Of a stretch of 64,000 bases of DNA, positions 20,315 to 30,902 are shown in pieces. The position numbers were made by a program, and so were the translations under genes. The notes beneath the pieces are model-generated. The model was not told the origin of the DNA. It saw nothing but the letters and a program-made list of their open reading frames with translations, and searched no databases. Origin of the DNA: an uncultured virus (IMG/VR IMGVR_UViG_3300032456_000001) (taxonomy: Duplodnaviria; Heunggongvirae; Uroviricota; Caudoviricetes); IMG/VR virus record IMGVR_UViG_3300032456_000001; one strand, written 5' to 3'. Numbering within the stretch: the stretch's first letter is position 1; every line of letters starts with the position of its first letter.

Positions 20315-21724
20315 ATGCCCGTAAAACAATACAAGAAATTACCCGTCAAGTCATCAGATTTAATACTTAAGCCACAATCGGGACAGCAAGAAGCATTTTT
20401 AACTACCTCCGCTGACTTCTCTATTTACGGCGGCGGGGCAGGTGGAGGAAAAACTTATGCACTGCTACTAGAGGCTTTACGTCATGTAACAAATCCAAAA
20501 TTTGGTGCCGTCTTTTTTAGACAAAGTTTTCCTCAAATAACAGAAGAAGGCGCACTTTGGGATACTTCAGAAGACATCTATCCGCTATTAGGTGCAATCC
20601 CTAGAAGAGGTACGCTTGACTGGCTGTTTCCTAGTGGCGCAAAAATAGGGTTTGGACACTTGGGAAACGAGCAAGCTAAGTACAAGTATCAAGGTAGTCA
20701 AATTCCCCTTCTACTGATAGACGAATTAACACATTTTAGCGAATCAGTTGTTTTCTATCTGTTTAGTCGCAACCGCTCAACTTGTGGAATTCGCCCCTAT
20801 GTTCGTTGTACAACTAACCCCGATGCCGACTCTTGGATTGCGGGGTTTGTTGATTGGTGGCTAGATGACGAAGGGTTCCCAATTCCAGAGCATAGTGGAG
20901 TCGTTCGCTACTTTGTTCGGCAGAGTGGCGAGATTGTTTGGGGTAGCTCAAGAGATGAACTTGAGAATAGATATCCTGGCTTAATGGCAAAAAGTTTCAC
21001 TTTCATTCCTGCTAAAATCGAAGACAATCAAATTTTGATGCAGCAGAACCCGGAGTATCTGGCAAATCTTCAGGCTTTGCATCCGGTAGACCAAGCTCGA
21101 CTACTTTATGGAAATTGGAAAGTTAAGGAAGAGTCGGGGAAGTTATTTAACCGCGCTTGGTTTGAAATTGTTGATGATGTTCCGCCTTTAGATTACAACG
21201 GTGAAGAAGTTAGGTTTTGGGATTTGGCGGCAACAGAGGCGGCCGTTCGTTCTAACGCCTGCTATACCGCCGGAGTCAAAATGCGATTAGTTGATGAAAT
21301 TTATTACGTGGTTGACGTTATCGCTGAACAAGTTGGGCCGGTTGGCGGTGACGAATTAATGATAGCAACCGCGCAACAGGATGGATTGTGGTGTAAAGTC
21401 CGTTGGGAGTTGGAAGGGGGAAGTAGTGGAAAACGCGACGAGGAGCATATCAAGCAATTACTAATGGGATTACACCCAGATATTGATGCAGAAGGTGTCC
21501 GACCACTCGGAGACAAGGTGAAACGTGCAAAGCCTTTGGCGACTGACACTTTTAGGGGGAAAGTCAAGCTTCTACGAGCCTCGTGGAATGACAGATTTTT
21601 AAACTGGATGCACGATTTTCCTGATGGGAAAGTCAAAGATATTACCGATGCTGCTTCTGGTGCACATTTCTGTCTAAATGAACCTATTCGATATCAAACA
21701 GGCATTGGATATTACAAGAGTTAA
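20315..21724 (+). CDS. terL: Terminase large subunit
   Basis: Walker A YGGGAGGGKT, Walker B LLIDELTHF, TTNP, nuclease WDLAAT and KDITDAASGA. Confidence 0.95.
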   Translation: MPVKQYKKLPVKSSDLILKPQSGQQEAFLTTSADFSIYGGGAGGGKTYALLLEALRHVTNPKFGAVFFRQSFPQITEEGALWDTSEDIYPLLGAIPRRGTLDWLFPSGAKIGFGHLGNEQAKYKYQGSQIPLLLIDELTHFSESVVFYLFSRNRSTCGIRPYVRCTTNPDADSWIAGFVDWWLDDEGFPIPEHSGVVRYFVRQSGEIVWGSSRDELENRYPGLMAKSFTFIPAKIEDNQILMQQNPEYLANLQALHPVDQARLLYGNWKVKEESGKLFNRAWFEIVDDVPPLDYNGEEVRFWDLAATEAAVRSNACYTAGVKMRLVDEIYYVVDVIAEQVGPVGGDELMIATAQQDGLWCKVRWELEGGSSGKRDEEHIKQLLMGLHPDIDAEGVRPLGDKVKRAKPLATDTFRGKVKLLRASWNDRFLNWMHDFPDGKVKDITDAASGAHFCLNEPIRYQTGIGYYKS

Positions 21725-22064
21725 AACAATGGAATCAGGAATATTGGCTATTCGATTTTTAAAAGCTAGCTTCACTAATGATTTCACAAGCTTAGCGGAC
21801 TTTGGAAATGAAGACCCACAGACTATTCGCAAGGCGTGGCGACTGGCTAATATATTGCTTAATGAATCTGAGGTTGAACAATTTAAACGTGTATTAGAAT
21901 CTACCTTGAGCAATGATTCTCTTGATTTGGGCAAGTTAGAACATAGAACTTGGACGAATATTCAGAACAAGAAAGAAAAATCAAAAAGTATTCTTGAAGC
22001 CAAAGATATCAATTCGTTCAAGCAGATACTAAAGCCTAGACAGACCGACACCACTCTTTTATAG
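21678..22064 (+). CDS. Hypothetical protein
   Basis: ORF following terL. Confidence 0.4.
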   Translation: MNLFDIKQALDITRVKTMESGILAIRFLKASFTNDFTSLADFGNEDPQTIRKAWRLANILLNESEVEQFKRVLESTLSNDSLDLGKLEHRTWTNIQNKKEKSKSILEAKDINSFKQILKPRQTDTTLL

Positions 22065-22800
22065 CTTCAAATACTTGTACTTTAGACAGGTCTAACAATT
22101 CAATTATTCTATTGACGGATAGATATTCAAAGAAGTACAAGCGGATTACGGCTTCTTGATAGCTCAAGTCGGCAATATCCACTTCTAATATATTGTTTAT
22201 TTTACCTATTAACTCATTCTTTTCTAAACTATTTACTATGTGAGTTTCGTTAGCTTGCAATTCCCGCAATTTATAAAAATAAGTGGGCTCAACCTCTGAG
22301 TTAAGCGTATCTGAGACACCACTGATTGCGGTATCATAGCAGGATATGTATCTACAATCTTGATATGCTTTTTTAGCCTTGCGAAACTCAGATTGAGTAA
22401 CTCCAAGGTTGAAAAGCGATTGAAAGAACTCGTTTTTAGTGGGAGTCCGCCCCAAAGATACGCTTAATTCTCTGAGGATTCTCTTTCCTTTTTGAAGTAT
22501 CTCATGATACTTTCGAGGCAATTGAATGACATTAGAACTGTCTCTAACGAAGTTCAATAGCCGTCCCGTAATCAAGGGGATTGCAAAGGTGCTAAATTTA
22601 GCACCTATTGTAGGGTCGTACCGCTCAACTGCTAAAATCAATCCCATTGATGCAATTTGCTCTAATTCTTCGTAAGGAATAGGCACTCTTGACGCAATTT
22701 TATGTGCGACAAAACGAGCTAAATTGATATTTTCTTCTACTAATTTATTGCGAATTTTAATTGTCGGATTTGTCTTGTAGTCGTAAAAGGTAATCGCCAT
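22036..22800 (-). CDS. Phage-encoded sigma70-family sigma factor (SigF/SigB-like)
   Basis: RNKLVEENINLARFVAH, ELEQIASMGLILAVERYDP, FSTFAIPLITGRLLNFVRD. Confidence 0.9.
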   Translation of the reverse strand: MAITFYDYKTNPTIKIRNKLVEENINLARFVAHKIASRVPIPYEELEQIASMGLILAVERYDPTIGAKFSTFAIPLITGRLLNFVRDSSNVIQLPRKYHEILQKGKRILRELSVSLGRTPTKNEFFQSLFNLGVTQSEFRKAKKAYQDCRYISCYDTAISGVSDTLNSEVEPTYFYKLRELQANETHIVNSLEKNELIGKINNILEVDIADLSYQEAVIRLYFFEYLSVNRIIELLDLSKVQVFEAIKEWCRSV

Positions 22801-23205
22801 TTAGCTTCTTTGAATTTGCCCAAAGATTAGATTATTAGTATTCCCCAAAGCAAAGCCCATAGCTGCTGCAATATTTTCTACAATTTCTAGGTTTGGTCTT
22901 AGCCCTAATGTGTTCGCCAACTTTTGGATTAGGTTGTATTGCAGAATAATCATCCCTTTTGCTCTTTGTCCTTCAGCAAACCGCAAGACATCTGCTTGCG
23001 TAAGTGCCGAGTTAGGGCTGCTTAATTCAGCAGTTAGCTGTGCCGAAAGTTTCTCTAACTGCGTTAAATCTTTTTCAACCTCTTCTATTAAAAATACGCT
23101 TGTACTTTCGGCTACTTCTAGAGCGATTACAACCTCATCAAACATTTCAATTCCTAAATAGAGAGCCATTCGCACTCTATTAGTTGTTTGTCGTAAATCT
23201 TGCAT
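22801..23205 (-). CDS. Putative head-tail adaptor
   Basis: Position in the portal operon and size. Confidence 0.4.
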   Translation of the reverse strand: MQDLRQTTNRVRMALYLGIEMFDEVVIALEVAESTSVFLIEEVEKDLTQLEKLSAQLTAELSSPNSALTQADVLRFAEGQRAKGMIILQYNLIQKLANTLGLRPNLEIVENIAAAMGFALGNTNNLIFGQIQRS

Positions 23206-23648
23206 TAGTTTATTCTCGTAAATGTTCCAGAAATGGGGGTAACTTCTTGAATACCTGATGCTATTAGAGACGGGCTTTGAGGCGTTGGAAGCAGTTGAAA
23301 CTCGCCTTTTTCAATTAATGGTTCAGGGATTCCTAGACTTGAGTTTTGCAATCCTGTGGCAATTTCTGCGTCCGCTAGCATCCCTGGCTTGATTGCAGAA
23401 GGCATTAACAACGGCTCAACAAGATAACCTTTCCACGTTTCCACAAGCTGAGCCGCCCCGGAAATAGCGTTCGGACTTCCTTCTTGGGTTCGCTGGAATC
23501 GCGTGCCTTGGGACATCTTAAGCGCGGCTATCACTACAACAGACGTTGTTTTGGGTGTTCGATTCCCAGCACTATCAAGCACCATCTCGGCAGATGGAAC
23601 ACGAAACGATAATTTTGCGTTAGCGACTGACTCAAACGGCGAAGCCAT
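23205..23648 (-). CDS. Putative head closure/structural protein
   Basis: Position in the portal operon; beta-rich. Confidence 0.4.
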   Translation of the reverse strand: MASPFESVANAKLSFRVPSAEMVLDSAGNRTPKTTSVVVIAALKMSQGTRFQRTQEGSPNAISGAAQLVETWKGYLVEPLLMPSAIKPGMLADAEIATGLQNSSLGIPEPLIEKGEFQLLPTPQSPSLIASGIQEVTPISGTFTRIN

Positions 23649-23742
23649 AATTTACAAAATAAAAAATAGGTGATATAAACACTTACTTTTATTAAAACAG
23701 AAATTTTCAAACAAATCGGGTTGCGAGGTTGTAATTATAAAA

Positions 23743-24651
23743 TCAGTCTAATTCCGCTGGAGTCCATGCAGCAACAGGCGGACTGGTAATGCCGTTCATC
23801 TTCTCAAATGCGCTCAACCCGTTATTTAGCGTTCCAGTAAATTCATTCCGAACGGTTTCATTGAATCGCTTAAGCCACGAGTCATTTTGACTCCAGTCGG
23901 GACTCCACGGCATCAAGGTACACCGACAGCGCGGATGGAACGGTACAGAGACATCTCGAATTCGGTATGCCTTTAAATTTCGAGCAACACAGGTTCCGCA
24001 AGTTCGCAAGTCGCCTGTGGCAATCACTTGGACATACTCAATGCCTGAATTGTCGTAGGATGCTACCACGGCTTGATTAAAACTGCTAAGCACTTCTGTC
24101 CGAGCGATTACTTCGGCCCTACCCTTTTTTATGCCAAGTTCGTTTCTAAGCAAGCTTGCAACTTTGGCGGTTCCCCAGCCTTGGATTACGCCCTGAGTAA
24201 CTAAAACAGTTGCCTGACTGGCAAACTCAGAAGAGTAGCGATTGAGATGCGCGACCATATTAGCAGCCGCAAATCCAGCCGCTTCGATAGGGATTTCACC
24301 TGACTTAACTTGCCAGTCTTCACCCGCTCTAGCTCGTGTCATCTGAGTGGCTAAAGTGTCCCCAGCCTCATTTGTTAATTGTAAGATTTTTTGGAATTCA
24401 GCCTGCAATTCTTGAGAAGACTGGGGGTTCAAAAGTTGCAAAACACCTTTCAATTTTTCTAGTCGCAGTATTGAGTCTCTGGTAACCATCAAAGACCCAG
24501 AATTAGCCAACGATGGATACTTCTTTCTGAGTTCTGCTTCTATCTCTTTGTACGCAGAGTCAAGCGCTTCGTTTAATGTATTTGCGGCTCTATTTTCTAA
24601 CTGGCTAGTGACCGTTTCAAATCTACTGATAAATTGCTGCGGGGTTGTCAT
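23743..24651 (-). CDS. Head morphogenesis protein (SPP1 gp7/Mu gpF family)
   Basis: RAEVIARTE, DLRTCGTC, PFHPRCRC. Confidence 0.9.
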   Translation of the reverse strand: MTTPQQFISRFETVTSQLENRAANTLNEALDSAYKEIEAELRKKYPSLANSGSLMVTRDSILRLEKLKGVLQLLNPQSSQELQAEFQKILQLTNEAGDTLATQMTRARAGEDWQVKSGEIPIEAAGFAAANMVAHLNRYSSEFASQATVLVTQGVIQGWGTAKVASLLRNELGIKKGRAEVIARTEVLSSFNQAVVASYDNSGIEYVQVIATGDLRTCGTCVARNLKAYRIRDVSVPFHPRCRCTLMPWSPDWSQNDSWLKRFNETVRNEFTGTLNNGLSAFEKMNGITSPPVAAWTPAELD

Positions 24652-26158
24652 TTGCTAATGCCGTCGCCTTACTTAATTGTGTTGCCATCTCTTGCTTCAT
24701 TTTACTCTCTAGTTCTTCAACTTCGGCATCAACATCAAAGTCTTTACTCAATACATCGCCTTTGCGTAACTCTTCTAAGAATGTTTGACGAGTAATCTCA
24801 CCAGCGGCACGGATTTGTAATAACAATCCGGCTTTCGCTTCACTCATTCCAACTTCAACAATCTTTTTATTAACTTTAATAGTTCCACCTTTGCCAGGTG
24901 CATTCATATACAAACACCAAGTATCAAACAGTTGTTGCACAATGCTTTCTTTAGCTCTAGCCATTGAGCCTAAACTAGCTTGTGCCGTGGCTGAATCACG
25001 CGCAATCTCTGTAGCTGTGGGCGGTGCAGCGTATCCGCTTTGAAAAGCGAGTGTTTTTTTCTCAATAGTTAGCTCTAGCTTTTCAATGTCAGCTTGTGTA
25101 TGTCCTAGTGCTGAACCCGATGGTTCAACAAATGAAGCGTTCACGTTCCACAGACAAGTGTTCGGCCCTATTGTTGCAACACGAGCTTCGTCTTTGTCAG
25201 ACCTCACTCTAGGAGGACTTGTTTCTTGAATTTGCAAAATAGCCATATTCGCTTTGTGCATCGCTTCATCTTTTTCAGACTGCTTTTGGAATAGTTTTAA
25301 ATTCAATTCGGCAATATCGTACAACGGTGGTTTGCCAGTAAAAAAATCTGAATCTCTCGGTAGCAAGCAATAGGGAATCAACGGTACAAAATCTAGCGTG
25401 GTTGTACCTTCTTCAACTAAAATTAAATCAGTCCGCGTCGGCGTTTCTTCTGTTTCTTCTATTTCATATACCTTATAAGCGCCTGGGGTTAACACTCGAT
25501 AACGAGTCGCCTTTTCACTACCGTATAGTCCAGTTTTTCTAACAAAAGTTTCCCGAACTGTGGCTTGAGTCACCATCATTTTATTGTTCTTGATTTCAGT
25601 ATTCCAGTTAATAACATCCCTAGCATCAATTAATAAAAAATACGGGCGAGTTTTGTATTTTGATTCAGTATAAGCGTCAGTTATTTCGGTGTTTCGCTTT
25701 GGAAAATCAACCATGACAAAGCAGTGGTCATCTCGCAGACTTTTTATATCTGCTGCCTTCAAGAATACCTCCAGACTGTTACCACAGAGGTCAACGTTGT
25801 CGATACTGGTTTTAATACTTTCGTGTACATCATCATTCAACAAAAAGCGAGACAAAAATCCGGCACTACTGTCGATAGCATCTGCAAACTTTCTGTCAAA
25901 GTAACTTCGAGTCATGCGCTTCGCATACTCTTCTTCAGGTTCAGCCTCTTCTCTGGGCAAATATCTTGCGCCTATATTGATGTCAAGAACCATACTTGAC
26001 CCAGTTCGGAATGGCTCAATCATATACCATGCCGTTCTACCTTCGTACATATCAGCTACGAATTCCCAGAACGGCAACTGATTCAAGTATTCTTCACTCA
26101 AATAAGATGGCAAGTCTGGGTCTTGTTCGATGGCTTGATGCTTGAATTTAAGCGACAT
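24623..26158 (-). CDS. Portal protein (DUF4055-like)
   Basis: YLPRE.AE..EEY..R, NVDLCGNSL, VDFP, PPLYDIAELN, TATE; ATG at 26158 preferred over 26197. Confidence 0.85.
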   Translation of the reverse strand: MSLKFKHQAIEQDPDLPSYLSEEYLNQLPFWEFVADMYEGRTAWYMIEPFRTGSSMVLDINIGARYLPREEAEPEEEYAKRMTRSYFDRKFADAIDSSAGFLSRFLLNDDVHESIKTSIDNVDLCGNSLEVFLKAADIKSLRDDHCFVMVDFPKRNTEITDAYTESKYKTRPYFLLIDARDVINWNTEIKNNKMMVTQATVRETFVRKTGLYGSEKATRYRVLTPGAYKVYEIEETEETPTRTDLILVEEGTTTLDFVPLIPYCLLPRDSDFFTGKPPLYDIAELNLKLFQKQSEKDEAMHKANMAILQIQETSPPRVRSDKDEARVATIGPNTCLWNVNASFVEPSGSALGHTQADIEKLELTIEKKTLAFQSGYAAPPTATEIARDSATAQASLGSMARAKESIVQQLFDTWCLYMNAPGKGGTIKVNKKIVEVGMSEAKAGLLLQIRAAGEITRQTFLEELRKGDVLSKDFDVDAEVEELESKMKQEMATQLSKATALANDNPAAIYQ

Positions 26159-26199
26159 GGTGATTATAATAAAGATTGAAGCCTCTATTATAATCACCT

Positions 26200-26970
26200 A
26201 TGCCTTCAGAAATCGAAACTGAAACTACCGGAACCGAAACAACGATTACACAGGCAGAGCCTCAAGAGATTCAAAATCTGTTGTCTGCACTTGAAAAAGA
26301 AAGAACGGGGCGAGCTCAGGCAGAAAAAGAACTGAAGGCTCGAACAATCAAAGAGCAAGAACTGCAAGCACAGCTAAAACGAGTTGAAGCTATTGACCCA
26401 GACCAATACAAGAAGCTGCAAGAAGCGCAGGCAAGAAGAGACGAAGACGACCTTTTGCGCCGGAAAAAGTTTGATGAAGTAAGACAACAGTACCTGAACG
26501 AAGCTGACGCAGCCCGCAAACAAACGACAGACCTGAAGAACCAGTACAACAGTTTGCTGACCAAAACCGCTATTGAGAAAGCTTTTTTTGAGGCAGGTGG
26601 GCGTAAGTCTAGCTTTGATTTGTCTGCCCAAGGAACTGAAGACGTAACCCCCGCAGAGGCAATCCTGTACGTTCTCCAGCATCGAATTAGACTAGAAGAA
26701 ACTGGTCAAATTGTCTTCCTCAATTCGGTCGGAAATACTGAGATGAACAGCGAAGGAAGGGTAAAATCAATTAGCGAAAAGATGGTTGAGCTTAAGAAAG
26801 GCTCAATGGGTGCATTGTTTGAACCTGAAAATACCAACTCTGGCACGGGTGCAACCCCAACCGTTAGCTCAAACGGAAAACCGGTTAAAGTCTATTCCGT
26901 AGAACAAGCTCGAAATGGTCGTGCCAGTATGGATGATATTGCCTCTGGCAAGGCAATTATTACCCGATAA
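26200..26970 (+). CDS. Capsid scaffolding protein
   Basis: ALEKER coiled coil, LFEP...SGTGA tail, upstream of capsid. Confidence 0.8.
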   Translation: MPSEIETETTGTETTITQAEPQEIQNLLSALEKERTGRAQAEKELKARTIKEQELQAQLKRVEAIDPDQYKKLQEAQARRDEDDLLRRKKFDEVRQQYLNEADAARKQTTDLKNQYNSLLTKTAIEKAFFEAGGRKSSFDLSAQGTEDVTPAEAILYVLQHRIRLEETGQIVFLNSVGNTEMNSEGRVKSISEKMVELKKGSMGALFEPENTNSGTGATPTVSSNGKPVKVYSVEQARNGRASMDDIASGKAIITR

Positions 26971-26997
26971 TCAAAACTTTTTGCTGAATATCTTACA

Positions 26998-27021
26998 AGC
27001 CGGACGGTCTCCGGCTTTTTT
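26998..27021 (+). terminator. Intrinsic terminator
   Basis: agccgga-cggtc-tccggct followed by T run. Confidence 0.65.
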
Positions 27022-27116
27022 GTTGACTATAAAGTTAGCCCAAGGTTGGCGTGATGCCTTTCTTCTACGAGTGATTCGGAGCGCGGCTGAATACTCCCCT
27101 CTTCATTTACAAAAAA

Positions 27117-28259
27117 GTGGCTAATAATTTAGAAGCAGTAATCCCTAAAATTCTCGCCCAAGGTATTGTGGCGTTGCGTGAAAACTCAGTCATGGGTGCG
27201 CTCGTTAATCGAAACTTTGACACCGACGCAAGGCAACGCGGTTCAACTGTCGATGTTCCAATTCCTTCCAGCATGGGCGATGCCGTAGATGTAATTCCCA
27301 ATCACATCCCCTACCCCGCTCCAGCAATTTCACCGAGTATGGTGCAAGTAAAGCTTGACCAGTGGAAGAAGGTTGAATTTGCGATGACAGACAAAGACCT
27401 TCTTCAAGTAATGGATGGATTTCAAAATTTGCAAGTTCTCGAAGCCGCTCGTAGTTTGGCGAACTCGATTGACAAGTCAATTATGGGATTGTACAAACAG
27501 ATTCCAGGTATCGCCGGAACCGCTGGACAAACACCTTTTCAACCGGAAGTAGCTGGAACTTATGCCTCGCATCGTGGGTTGGGTGCAGCACAAGAAGCAA
27601 GAAAAGTTCTGAACCGACAACTTGCTCCAATGGCTGACCGCCGAATTATCTTAGATGTTGATGCTGAGGCAAACGCAAGCTCACTCCCTCAATTTATTTC
27701 TGCATCCGACTCTGGGTCTGTTGCAACAATTCAAGAGGGGATGATTGGTCGAAAACTCGGCTTTGACTGGTACATGACCCAAAACTCCCTTACTCACGTA
27801 ACCCAAGCTGCGGGTACGATTGTTACGACGGGCGCAGCCAACACGATTGGGGTGAAAACTTTAACTGTTTCTGGTGCAACAGTCGCGCCTGTCGAAGGTG
27901 ATTTGTTCAAGATTGCAGGCGACCCGAACGGCTACGTTGTAGGAAAGGACGCCACCTTAACAAGTTGGCCAATTTCTCCAGCACTAAAAACTGCTCCCGC
28001 CGCGAGTACAGCTATCACGGTTGTAGCTAGTCACGTCGTCAACATGGCTTTCCACCGAGACTCCTTTGCGCTTGCTGTTCGCCCATTGTTAGACATCGAC
28101 CCAATCGGAAATCGAATTGAATCTTTTACCGATGACCTGTCGGGAATGACAATGCGGTTGGAGATTTCTCGCGAATACAAGCAGACAAAGTTTTGTTTCG
28201 ATGTTCTCTACGGATGTGCTGTTATCAGGCCCGAATGTGCCTGTAGAATCTTAGGGTGA
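27117..28259 (+). CDS. Major capsid protein (P22 coat/gp5-like)
   Basis: LVNRNFD..GSTVDVPIP, G.IGRKLGFDWY, MAFHRDSFALA, FDVLYG. Confidence 0.92.
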   Translation: MANNLEAVIPKILAQGIVALRENSVMGALVNRNFDTDARQRGSTVDVPIPSSMGDAVDVIPNHIPYPAPAISPSMVQVKLDQWKKVEFAMTDKDLLQVMDGFQNLQVLEAARSLANSIDKSIMGLYKQIPGIAGTAGQTPFQPEVAGTYASHRGLGAAQEARKVLNRQLAPMADRRIILDVDAEANASSLPQFISASDSGSVATIQEGMIGRKLGFDWYMTQNSLTHVTQAAGTIVTTGAANTIGVKTLTVSGATVAPVEGDLFKIAGDPNGYVVGKDATLTSWPISPALKTAPAASTAITVVASHVVNMAFHRDSFALAVRPLLDIDPIGNRIESFTDDLSGMTMRLEISREYKQTKFCFDVLYGCAVIRPECACRILG

Positions 28260-28468
28260 AATCATGGTTGAACTAATCAAAGTCAGAGATAATCGCCGTC
28301 CTGAATTGGAATTTGTGTTGATTGAAGTCACGGACTTTAATAAAGAATTTCACACAAAAATTGAAGAAAAAGCAATCCCGATATCTCCCGACCTGCCAAC
28401 AGAACCTCAGCAACAGCTTTTGCTCGAATCCAAGGCAAAGAGCAAGCCACCAAAAGAGGTAGAAGGCA

Positions 28469-29269
28469 ATGGCTAACGGAACGATATCAGGCTGGCTTGC
28501 TAACAAAATCCAAGACGCATTGCTCGGTGGGATTAATTTCCCACCACCGAGCAAGCATATCGGGTACACGATGACAGCATCAGGTCCAAACGGTTTTGGA
28601 ACCGAACCTGTTGGCGCTAACTACGCTCGAATTAGCGCTATTCCAACCGTTTGGAGCGTAGCTGTAGATGGCACGGTCACTAATATTGCAGACCTGGAAT
28701 TACCAAGAGCGTCCGGGGCGCAAGGAACCCCAGTCGCTTTGACTATTTACGATTCTAGTGTGGGTGGAAACCCGTTGCTTTTCATCCCAATTGACGGGTC
28801 TTTGACTATTCAGAATCGAAATAGTTTAATAATCCCTACTGGTGTTGTCACCCATAGATTTAAAGCTACTTCGCACTACAGTCAATACTGGCGAACTGCG
28901 ATTATGAACTGCCTTTACTTGGGTACACCTTTGCCGCTTGAGCCAATTCTGTGGGCGGGATACACGAGTTCAGCGCCAACGGCGACCGCCAGCGGAATCG
29001 AACCCGCCGCTGCTGAATACGTTAGGCAAGCACTTAACAATAATAAGACTTCATTTACCTCAGCCGTAAATGGTAGTTTGGGAACCGCTCTAAACTTACA
29101 ATTTCCAATAAGTGCAAGCGCTCAAGGCAATATTTCTCATGTCGCTTTATTTGGTTCAGAGGATGGTGGGCCATATCTTGCTAGCGCCCCTCTTGTTCCA
29201 GATGTAAACATGGCTACTAACGCGCAAATGATTCTACAGGCGGGTTCGTTCACTTTCCAACTTAAGTGA
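28469..29269 (+). CDS. Tail-associated structural protein with duplicated domain
   Basis: Two GTEP..ANYAR / GIEP..AEYVR units. Confidence 0.6.
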   Translation: MANGTISGWLANKIQDALLGGINFPPPSKHIGYTMTASGPNGFGTEPVGANYARISAIPTVWSVAVDGTVTNIADLELPRASGAQGTPVALTIYDSSVGGNPLLFIPIDGSLTIQNRNSLIIPTGVVTHRFKATSHYSQYWRTAIMNCLYLGTPLPLEPILWAGYTSSAPTATASGIEPAAAEYVRQALNNNKTSFTSAVNGSLGTALNLQFPISASAQGNISHVALFGSEDGGPYLASAPLVPDVNMATNAQMILQAGSFTFQLK

Positions 29270-29303
29270 CATGACTCTGACCTGAAGGTACGGAGCTTCT
29301 AAG
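29266..29303 (-). mobile_element. IS200/IS605 right-end remnant
   Basis: Minus strand gaagctccgtaccttcaggtcagagtcatgTCAC. Confidence 0.45.
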
Positions 29304-29378
29304 AATTACTTCAAAGATTTCCTAATAAAATTAAAAGGGTACTGTTGAAATGCCCTTTTAAATTCTTGGTTTATTATC

Positions 29379-30068
29379 ATGCCCCAGTTTTTCCCCGCTG
29401 CATCAGCGCTAACCGAAACTGAAACTGTTGAAATATTAGCATCGGGACTAAGGAAACGTATTTATCCTGACGCTGCAACAGTTTCAGAAACCGAATCTAT
29501 GGCGACCGAGCTAGGCCTTAAATGGTTTCTATCAAGTCAATGGTTGAGAGAGGTAGAAACGGAGTCAAATGGTAAAGCTACCGCGCTTATCAAACACTTT
29601 CCGGCAAGCTTAGTTAATACTGAAACTGAAACCGCTTGCAGTAGTCTAGCTATTTGGCCTGAATCGCCAGCACCTACAGCGGCAATTTCCTGTGTTGGGA
29701 AAAACTTGCACCGGCAGAGTCTAAGACAGGGTAATTCCCATCAAATCAGCTTAGCAATTAACTTTACAGAAACAACCGTTTTGGCCGTTGAATTACTGCA
29801 AGTAATTTTTAAAATCAACCAACCTGGAACAGATGTCGTTATTTTAACCAAAACCAGGTTCGGAGCGCCAGGTGGAATAATAACTGACTTTGTTCAAGAT
29901 TTGGGAGATGGGAAAATATTACTTTTGGCAGCCTTGCAGTTACGCCCTAATCAAGTTATTTTTTCTGGTACAGAGTCAGAGTTTGATTTTGTGGTAATAG
30001 TTGAAAATAGCACAATCAGTCAAAGGGCTAATGTTGCAAGTGGAACCCTTATTTTAGCCAAGGATTAA
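29379..30068 (+). CDS. Virion structural protein (putative)
   Basis: ETET repeats; lies in the late operon. Confidence 0.45.
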   Translation: MPQFFPAASALTETETVEILASGLRKRIYPDAATVSETESMATELGLKWFLSSQWLREVETESNGKATALIKHFPASLVNTETETACSSLAIWPESPAPTAAISCVGKNLHRQSLRQGNSHQISLAINFTETTVLAVELLQVIFKINQPGTDVVILTKTRFGAPGGIITDFVQDLGDGKILLLAALQLRPNQVIFSGTESEFDFVVIVENSTISQRANVASGTLILAKD

Positions 30069-30070
30069 CG

Positions 30071-30442
30071 ATGATTAAAAATTATTCTCGATTCACAATT
30101 GACGATGAAGACGCTGACGGTCAATCGCTAAAAATGGGGAAAGATTATTTTTGTCAAATTGTCATCCAAGGCGCAAACCAAACAGGCGCAACGTTAAAAT
30201 TCTTGGCCAAACAATTGATAACAGACCCTGACTCTGCGGCAGTTCTTACGGTTGCGGGTGCTGCAATGACAACTACAATCGGAACAAATTCTTTAAGTGC
30301 AACCTTTGTTATAGCAGGTTCTGATACCGAAAGCCTTGAAAGCGGCTTAAGCTTAATTTACGGAATTCAGCGCTCAATTGGAACTCAAGACGTTGTAGTA
30401 GAAGAAGGTAAACTTAAAATAGAAGCCTCGGTCATTGAATAA
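30071..30442 (+). CDS. Virion structural protein (BppU-like beta domain, putative)
   Basis: Late-operon position; ends YGIQ...VVEEGKLKIE. Confidence 0.45.
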   Translation: MIKNYSRFTIDDEDADGQSLKMGKDYFCQIVIQGANQTGATLKFLAKQLITDPDSAAVLTVAGAAMTTTIGTNSLSATFVIAGSDTESLESGLSLIYGIQRSIGTQDVVVEEGKLKIEASVIE

Positions 30443-30852
30443 TGGATTATAGCAAATTGCGAGAACGAATTATCAAAGTGTTGGCAAGCGAATTAGGGGT
30501 CTATACTTTTGCTAACAATACCTCTGTTCCCGCGATTGCTATCGCTTCAAACAGGCCTTATCCACAGCCCGGAACAAATATCACGGGATTGGAAGTGGTT
30601 ATTTACCCTCGCATTTCAACCAATATTAGATTTCTGTTGGGCGGAACATTGCTTGAGCATGAAAGTAGGCTGGTTGTGAATCAGTGGAATTTGACAAAAG
30701 ATACAACCTTTGCTCACGATTTATTAGTTGCGAATCTTTGGGACTTGGTACAAAGAATAGGGCCTCGAATCTTGGCTGACGGGTCTATGCAAACAGTTGA
30801 GAGCCAATCGTTTTACTTGAAAGAATCTGCTGTCATCAATTGGCAGAGGTAA
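30442..30852 (+). CDS. Putative tail terminator/completion protein
   Basis: Size and position just before the tail tube gene. Confidence 0.5.
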   Translation: MDYSKLRERIIKVLASELGVYTFANNTSVPAIAIASNRPYPQPGTNITGLEVVIYPRISTNIRFLLGGTLLEHESRLVVNQWNLTKDTTFAHDLLVANLWDLVQRIGPRILADGSMQTVESQSFYLKESAVINWQR

Positions 30853-30902
30853 TTTTGTTGATACTAATAATAGTAATAGTACGGTTAATATTCTTAAAGT
30901 AA

